Position numbers and translations under genes: made by a program. DNA of 54,865 nt, the filler included, from Candidatus Woesearchaeota archaeon (GTDB lineage Archaea; Nanobdellota; Nanobdellia; Woesearchaeales; BM511), in NCBI GenBank assembly GCA_023266675.1. It is 4 parts of 4 records of this genome, joined end to end, with 100 filler letters (N's around TTAATTAATTAA, not from the genome) between each part and the next. Parts side by side here need not be neighbours in the genome. Positions count along the whole stretch, not along the records: positions 34,362 to 50,921 come from JAHFPP010000027.1; positions 51,022 to 54,865 come from JAHFPP010000080.1; 2 more parts are not named here. One strand, written 5' to 3'. Under the pieces are notes generated by a model that ran no database searches, was not told the origin of the DNA, and saw nothing but the letters and a program-made list of their open reading frames with translations. Shown piece by piece: positions 49,312-54,865 of this stretch (position 1 is the stretch's first letter; each line of letters begins with the position of its first letter).

Positions 49312-49647
49312 TTATATATCTCTCAGCTCAATATAAATTCCACTTTGATTTAAAAGAAAACCAATATCTCTGATTGCGTTTTTTTCACTTGAAGCAATGA
49401 TTGAAAATCCATGAACATCATATTGTTTCCATTTAGGAAAATCCGTCATTCTTTCTGAATTGTGTTTCTCCAGGCTCAAAAGAAATTTGGCTCGTCTTTT
49501 TTCCAACTCAATAACTTCCTCTTCAGGTGATAATTTTCTTGGCTGTGGTTTATATCTTTGTCTTGGTAAACTCATTCCTGAGCCGCTAACTCCGCCCATT
49601 ATTGCAGCCATAGCCATTATAGAATATATACTTCCTCTCATACTCAT
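49312..49647 (-). CDS. Phage hypothetical protein
   Basis: 111-aa ORF. Confidence 0.7.
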   Translation of the reverse strand: MSMRGSIYSIMAMAAIMGGVSGSGMSLPRQRYKPQPRKLSPEEEVIELEKRRAKFLLSLEKHNSERMTDFPKWKQYDVHGFSIIASSEKNAIRDIGFLLNQSGIYIELRDI

Positions 49648-49669
49648 TGTGTCGTGTTTTATTATAAAT

Positions 49670-49834
49670 TTATGATTTTACTATATAACCAATTGAAATA
49701 AGATAATATGCAAATCCTGTTATTCCTAATAGCAATAGAAATACTTTTACAATCCAATTTAGAAAATCGTTTTTATTCCAAATAATTCCAAGAGCAAGAA
49801 ATGCGATTGCGGATACCAATAGATAAGTGTTCAT
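49670..49834 (-). CDS. Small two-TM phage membrane protein (54 aa)
   Basis: MNTYLLVSAIAFLALGIIW..., downstream of a motif copy. Confidence 0.65.
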   Translation of the reverse strand: MNTYLLVSAIAFLALGIIWNKNDFLNWIVKVFLLLLGITGFAYYLISIGYIVKS

Positions 49835-49874
49835 AGTTTTTATTATTATAGGTCAGAGATAGCAGAAAAAAGAA

Positions 49875-50273
49875 TCACTTTCTTTTTTGATAGCCTTTTA
49901 GTTTTTTTCTTTGTTTAGAAACTTCCCAAGGTTTCTTTTGAGCTTTAATAAAAACTTCAGGTAATTGTTCGGGTGCGGTAATTACAATTGAAATAGGCTC
50001 AATCTTTGAAATATCAAAAGGGAGAGATGGGCGAATATCCTGAATTTTATCTGCATCCATTACTCTTTTTTGGTCAGATATAGGGAGGTCAGCAATATTT
50101 ACCATAATAACATCATGTCGTTTGCTCATAGTAGCCATTAATGCAGCGCGAGCGCCATCTATTGCTCCTTCGCCTATAAGTACGACCTGAAACTTTTTTT
50201 CATCGGCAATCTTGATTATTTCAACAAGGCTCTTGCCAATAACCATTATGTTTTTTCCTGATTCGTTTTCCAT
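49875..50273 (-). CDS. Phage hypothetical protein (probably leaderless)
   Basis: ATG lies 5 nt after the motif core. Confidence 0.75.
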   Translation of the reverse strand: MENESGKNIMVIGKSLVEIIKIADEKKFQVVLIGEGAIDGARAALMATMSKRHDVIMVNIADLPISDQKRVMDADKIQDIRPSLPFDISKIEPISIVITAPEQLPEVFIKAQKKPWEVSKQRKKLKGYQKRK

Positions 50274-50477
50274 ATTGTTATAGGTCAAAGTTATTAAAAA
50301 AAAGAAAGAGCAAAGAAATTAATCTTTGCTCCAATTGGCGAGAGGTTTATTCATGTGCAGACGTTTACGAACCATCTACCCACTTCGACCAAATAGTTTA
50401 CGCTCCTGTACACAAAGCACTATCTGTTCACCCCATCCTTTTCCGCTATGGACGGAACGGGAACCCCTCAATTATCT

Positions 50478-50876
50478 TTAAATTTCTTTGCCATTTTCAT
50501 CAGTGAAGTCCCAAAAGTACAAATAATCTTGCATAACCAATGTTTGACAATCTTTTGGCAGGTCAGAAAACTTTATTTTTTTTCCCAAATGTCCGTATGA
50601 AGGACGGTCAACTGGCTGAAATTCACTTTGTCCGTGCATACCTATACCTTGTGGGTGAAAAGGCGCACCGCTCATACCAACATAATCAAACCAATGTTTT
50701 GTTTTACCTCTGTAATTTCCTGTATAAACAACTGTATAACGGTCAACAGTTCCATTTTCTTTTTCAGAACCACCGTTATCATAACAACGAATATAACGTG
50801 GAACTCCATTTGGAATAAGTCGATTTTTACGTTCTTCTTTTTTTAATTCTTTTTTACTTAAGGTTGCTGTTTCCAT
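50478..50876 (-). CDS. Phage hypothetical protein
   Basis: IRCYDNGG...DRYTVVY. Downstream of a motif copy. Confidence 0.8.
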   Translation of the reverse strand: METATLSKKELKKEERKNRLIPNGVPRYIRCYDNGGSEKENGTVDRYTVVYTGNYRGKTKHWFDYVGMSGAPFHPQGIGMHGQSEFQPVDRPSYGHLGKKIKFSDLPKDCQTLVMQDYLYFWDFTDENGKEI

Positions 50877-50921
50877 TTGTTTTTTGTTTTATCTTATAGG
50901 TCAAGTAAAATAAAAAAAAGA

Positions 50922-51021
50922 NNNNNNNNNNNNNNNNNNNNNNNNNNNNNNNNNNNNNNNNNNNNTTAATTAATTAANNNNNNNNNNNNNNNNNNNNNNN
51001 NNNNNNNNNNNNNNNNNNNNN
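50922..51021. other. Artificial contig linker
   Basis: N44-TTAATTAATTAA-N44. Confidence 0.97.
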
Positions 51022-51023
51022 AC

Positions 51024-51154
51024 AAAAATTTGCCGAACGTGTCAGACCACACCTTAAAAGGTGTGGCTTTACCTGACACGTTCCTTAAAGGCAAATTTTT
51101 GGAACAAGAAATTGCGCACTAAAGTGCGGGGCTTTATACCCCGCGCAATTTCTT
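51024..51154. repeat. Two nested inverted-repeat (REP/IS200-end-like) hairpin structures
   Basis: First structure: AAAAATTTGCC/GGCAAATTTTT, GAACGTGTCAG/CTGACACGTTC and CCACACCTT/AAGGTGTGG. Second: AAGAAATTGCGC/GCGCAATTTCTT. Confidence 0.75.
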
Positions 51155-51351
51155 TGTAACTATACTTACAATGTAAGTACAATTTTATAGCTATAAACAT
51201 TACAATGTAGGTATATATAAAAAGATATATAGAACAATATTTAGAACAATATTTAAAACACGATGGTGTTTAAAGCGAACAATACATGTGAAAAAATGTA
51301 TTCATCAAGAAAAATGATACTGCAAGAAAGATAATATAATAAAAATCAATT

Positions 51352-51885
51352 TTAATAAATTTTCAATACATCCGCCTTTGTTATTATCCCTTTTACCTTG
51401 CCTTTTTCTATCACAAGAACAATTGAATAAAATTTCAGCAGATTTATAACAACGCTGATGGATGTTTTTTCTGAAACAGAAGGAGGCACGTCTTCCATGA
51501 TTTTGTCTACATATTCTGATTTTTTTGTCAAAGCATCTATCAGCCCCGACTCTGTTACTATCCCTATAACTCTATCGTGAACTGTGACGGGTATTTGAGA
51601 TATTGAATGTGTGCGCATCGTTTTGATTGCAGTATGCACTGCTGTAGTTAGAGGTATCGTGATTATTTTTTTCTCCATTATATCTCCTGCTTTTTTCTCG
51701 TGGCCCGACTTCAATGTTTCAAGAGTTTTAAATATCAACTGCGCTTTAGAAAAAGCAGGGTCGATATCGCCTGATTCGATTTTTGCTATCATCGATTGGG
51801 ATACGTTCGATTTTTGCGCAAGCTCCACCTGTGTCAATCCAAGTTGCTTGCGAAGATATTTAACGTCCTTTATTTCTAGCTCCAT
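51352..51885 (-). CDS. XRE-type HTH transcriptional regulator with a CBS domain pair
   Basis: LRKQLGLTQVELA..SNVSQS.IAKIESG.IDP, SQIPV and GIITKAD. Confidence 0.92.
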   Translation of the reverse strand: MELEIKDVKYLRKQLGLTQVELAQKSNVSQSMIAKIESGDIDPAFSKAQLIFKTLETLKSGHEKKAGDIMEKKIITIPLTTAVHTAIKTMRTHSISQIPVTVHDRVIGIVTESGLIDALTKKSEYVDKIMEDVPPSVSEKTSISVVINLLKFYSIVLVIEKGKVKGIITKADVLKIY

Positions 51886-52026
51886 AAAGAGAATAATACG
51901 TCACTCTTTTTATTCTTTTCGGAATATTTCTTTCAACAATATTTTTAAATGAAGTATGAATTGTTTTACAGTATAACAACTTGAATGATATTAAATAATG
52001 CGACTAAAACAAATATGGGTGGTAAA

Positions 52027-53193
52027 ATGGCAAAAGATTACGAATTTACATCAGAATCAGTTACAGAGGGACATCCTGACAAAATATGCGATCAAATAAG
52101 TGATGCTATACTTGATGAGTTAATAAGACAAGATCCAAACTCGCGTGTAGCTGTAGAAACTCTTACAACGACAGGCTCAGTGCATGTTGCTGGTGAAGTT
52201 ACTACAAAAGGTTTCGCCGATGTTCAAAGAATAGTAAGAGAGACGCTTAAAGATATAGGTTATACTGATCCGCGATTTGGCATCGACTGTGAAGATGCGG
52301 GAGTATGGGTTGCAATACATGCACAAAGTCCCGACATAAGCCAAGGAGTTACAGAGGGACAAGGAGCATTTAAAGAACAAGGAGCGGGAGATCAAGGAAT
52401 GATGTTTGGTTTTGCTTGTAATGAGACAAAAGAATTGATGCCACTGCCAATAATGCTCGCTCACGGACTCACAGCAAAACTTTCTGAATGCAGGAAAAAA
52501 GGCACGATAAAAGGAATAGGTCCTGATGGAAAATCGCAGGTTACAGTTCAGTATGTTAATGGAAAGCCCAAAAGAATATCCGCAATAGTAATCGCACAGC
52601 AACATATTGACGACAAACCAGAGGCCGAATTAAAAAAAGAAATAACAGAAAAAGTCGTTAAACCAGTATGCTCAGGATATTTGGATAAAGATACAAAAAT
52701 TTTCATCAATGCAACAGGAAGATTTGTCATAGGCGGTCCTGAAGGAGATACTGGAGTTACAGGAAGAAAGATAATTGTTGACACATACGGTGGCATGGGA
52801 CGTCATGGTGGCGGAGCATTTTCTGGAAAAGATCCTTCAAAGGTCGATAGGTCGGCAGCATATGCTTGCAGATACATTGCAAAAAATATTGTTGCGGCAG
52901 GGCTTGCTGAAAAATGCGAAGTTCAATTGTCATATGCTATTGGCGTCGCTGATCCGATGGGAATATATGTTGATACGTTCGGCACAGGAAAAATTGCGGA
53001 AGATAAAATAGCTACGCTAATAAGAAAACACTTTCCATTGAAGCCTTCCGACATCATAAACACATTAAAGCTTCGTCGACCAATATATCGAAAAACAGCA
53101 GCTTACGGTCATTTTGGAAGAGAAGATCCTGCGTTCACATGGGAACAGACGGATAAAGTGGCAATATTGAAAAAAGAATCTGGAGTGAAATAA
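52027..53193 (+). CDS. metK: S-adenosylmethionine synthetase, bacterial/eukaryal type
   Basis: [37 protein letters not shown] and [10 protein letters not shown]. Confidence 0.96.
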   Translation: MAKDYEFTSESVTEGHPDKICDQISDAILDELIRQDPNSRVAVETLTTTGSVHVAGEVTTKGFADVQRIVRETLKDIGYTDPRFGIDCEDAGVWVAIHAQSPDISQGVTEGQGAFKEQGAGDQGMMFGFACNETKELMPLPIMLAHGLTAKLSECRKKGTIKGIGPDGKSQVTVQYVNGKPKRISAIVIAQQHIDDKPEAELKKEITEKVVKPVCSGYLDKDTKIFINATGRFVIGGPEGDTGVTGRKIIVDTYGGMGRHGGGAFSGKDPSKVDRSAAYACRYIAKNIVAAGLAEKCEVQLSYAIGVADPMGIYVDTFGTGKIAEDKIATLIRKHFPLKPSDIINTLKLRRPIYRKTAAYGHFGREDPAFTWEQTDKVAILKKESGVK

Positions 53194-53229
53194 GCTACAA
53201 AACGGGAAAATAGAATTTAATTTTCTGTG

Positions 53230-54063
53230 TTAATTTCTTATTTCTTTTGACAGTACGTTTGGAATATCAGAAAATGTTTTCAAGAATCCCATAGGATCTG
53301 TACGTTTTTGTGTCATGAATAATTTTTCAACATTATCCATAATTCCTACAGTAGAATAAGTGTCCTTGCGATACAAGCGTATAGAGTCTTCTGCCTCAAT
53401 ATCAAAATCCTTTTCTTGTTTATTCAATGTATCGATTAATTGAGCCCTTACAAGCGATAGAGAATAATATCTGCTCGATAAGTTTTGGAAACGCGCATGT
53501 AAACCGTAATCTTCTGTTATTGTTGCGCCGTCTTTTAACAAAAGATATGCGATATTTTTTACTTCCAGAGACTGTTTATCAAATATTGGTAGAGTTGATT
53601 TTATAATTGGAAATCCTATTTTTGAAGTTAAATCAATATCTCCAAGTTCTGTGATTGTTTCCATTTTTATATTTTGTTTAACATTATCTGATCCTTCAAA
53701 ATACTTCTCGGCTTTACCATTAAGAACTGCAATTCGCAATCGATCAACTGCGCTGTATGTTTTTCCAGTAGTATCTTTTTTCTGTGACCGTAAATCATAA
53801 TGGAACATTAATAATTTATTTATTAAGCGTAGCATATCAGGTCTCTTTTTCCCTCGGTATTCTGTTACCAAATCGCCAAGGTTTTCAAATCCTTCACGCG
53901 CTATTTCTTCAGGAGTGTTTTCCACAATAAACTTGCTTGTTTTTCTTACGTCTTCCTTGTCTAAGCATAATAACAAATTAAGAAGATAATTTTTACTAGA
54001 GCCGCTTTTTTTTAATTGTTCTCTAAATTCATAATCCAATTTTACAAGTCCTTCAATATCCAT
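53230..54063 (-). CDS. Hypothetical protein
   Basis: ORF with probable start MDIEGL. Confidence 0.65.
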   Translation of the reverse strand: MDIEGLVKLDYEFREQLKKSGSSKNYLLNLLLCLDKEDVRKTSKFIVENTPEEIAREGFENLGDLVTEYRGKKRPDMLRLINKLLMFHYDLRSQKKDTTGKTYSAVDRLRIAVLNGKAEKYFEGSDNVKQNIKMETITELGDIDLTSKIGFPIIKSTLPIFDKQSLEVKNIAYLLLKDGATITEDYGLHARFQNLSSRYYSLSLVRAQLIDTLNKQEKDFDIEAEDSIRLYRKDTYSTVGIMDNVEKLFMTQKRTDPMGFLKTFSDIPNVLSKEIRN

Positions 54064-54165
54064 GATCCATAAAAACAGAAGTCTATTTATAAATGTTACG
54101 GAAGAGTGGTGACAGAACTGTGTGGTGTGTATATTGTATTCTTGCCAAGACACTAAAGCCTTATA

Positions 54166-54777
54166 CTACGGTTTCAACCACTTTATTTCATAATACGTTA
54201 CATCGCCTTCATCGTCGACGATGCCCATCATGAGTCTTTTTTTTGTAGAATGTGCAACCCTATTTTTTGCAGCAAACTCATACCATGTCAACGTGCTGCC
54301 TTCGTGTACGGGATAAATAATCCATCGTGCATGATCCTCACCAGGTTTTATTCCTCGATCATACACTCTAAAATCTGCGCCGAATTTTAAGGCAGTCTTT
54401 ATTATATATCCTCGATTTCTCATATCTTTAAATACACAATATCTTATCCAAAAATTTGGCTCTATTTTTGTAGCTTTTTTGAGAAATGTTTCAAAATTCA
54501 AAATTGTATTTTTAGAGATTCTTATTTCGATTTTATTCTTTTCAACTAAATACAGAGCTTCTAGTAAAGATAATTGAAGTTTTCCATCATCAAGCATAGT
54601 TCCGTATCGTGATTGATTGTACAATTCTCGAACTTCATCAGAATTTTCTGCCAAAACTCTTTCATTCGCGAAAGCAGATTTTATCTTCTCTTTACGTGGC
54701 TTGCTATCTATTATTATATCTCGAACTTTTAATTTCGTGAGATCTGCAGGCTCTGTTTTTACTTCATCATTTGGCAT
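54166..54777 (-). CDS. endA: tRNA-splicing endonuclease
   Basis: LSLLEALYL, KTALKFGADFRVY, GEDHA and RVAHSTKK carry the Tyr/His/Lys triad. Confidence 0.93.
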   Translation of the reverse strand: MPNDEVKTEPADLTKLKVRDIIIDSKPRKEKIKSAFANERVLAENSDEVRELYNQSRYGTMLDDGKLQLSLLEALYLVEKNKIEIRISKNTILNFETFLKKATKIEPNFWIRYCVFKDMRNRGYIIKTALKFGADFRVYDRGIKPGEDHARWIIYPVHEGSTLTWYEFAAKNRVAHSTKKRLMMGIVDDEGDVTYYEIKWLKP

Positions 54778-54865
54778 CGTATAAGGTAAGCGATATTGTT
54801 TTTAAATGTTTGGAAAGCAAAGATTCTGTAGAAAATGTTTGTCGCTCAAGATGAGTTCTTTAGTA

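Larger units (their letters stand above)
34362..50921 (-). mobile_element. Fragment of a large bacteriophage (probable Bacteroidota host), early or hypervariable ORFan region
   Basis: Dense short co-oriented ORFans, a gp88-like gene, bacterial-type tRNAs, Rho-independent terminators, Bacteroidota-type TAnnTTTG promoters and SD-less A-rich leaders. No structural or hallmark phage genes are visible. Confidence 0.75.
34412..50921 (-). repeat. 29 dispersed copies of a bipartite motif, minus strand TTC-TTTTTT-N10-TGACCTATA (putative phage promoter)
   Basis: The + strand core TATAGGTCA starts at 34412, 35759, 36091, 36995, 37368, 38033, 38295, 39401, 40773, 42238, 42869, 43178, 43364, 43982, 44381, 44618, 45404, 45528, 45908, 46204, 47115, 47463, 47898, 48390, 48845, 49282, 49847, 50279 and 50895. 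Confidence 0.95.

Noticed and set aside
38062..50288. ORF starts reading MTYN(I/N)M, or extended through FFFxLTYN
   Set aside because: These are translations of the motif itself from its TTG. The real starts are the ATGs downstream.
34412..50921. Repeat array as CRISPR
   Set aside because: The intervals are 120-1500 nt and contain genes. The repeats have a variable interior and no cas genes are present.
34412..50921. Repeat array as classical integron attC cassettes
   Set aside because: There are no RYYYAAC/GTTRRRY ends, the core is not palindromic, and no integrase is visible. Position relative to ATG fits a promoter better.

Overview
The window is four assembled fragments joined by artificial 100-nt N/TTAATTAATTAA linkers (17246-17345, 34262-34361, 50922-51021), so adjacency across them means nothing. 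Fragments 1, 2 and 4 look like a DPANN (probably Woesearchaeota-like) archaeal genome. They carry NFACT, nrdAB, Rad50-like, an intron-containing tRNA, a DRG GTPase start, a MacB-type ABC operon with a COG1361 protein, a large Gly-rich surface protein, NMD3, prs, an N-terminally truncated Hel308, hypF, bacterial-type metK and endA. Fragment 3 (34362-50921) is different and looks like a mis-binned piece of a large phage, probably infecting Bacteroidota. It holds about 40 short co-oriented ORFans punctuated by 29 copies of a fixed-spacing motif (minus strand TTCTTTTTT-N10-TGACCTATA). The motif behaves like a promoter, is often fused to a terminator, and shows signs of leaderless translation and cassette shuffling. 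This fragment also has a divergent tRNA island in which a Glu-rich leader peptide and a terminator precede two tRNA-Glu genes (a candidate attenuator), plus a tRNA-like element and several structured ncRNA candidates. Archaeal highlights are a tRNA with a Ser-type body but a GAA (Phe) anticodon, tandem NrdR-like boxes at nrdA, and an intact GGDEF cyclase. All calls were made by eye, without database searches.
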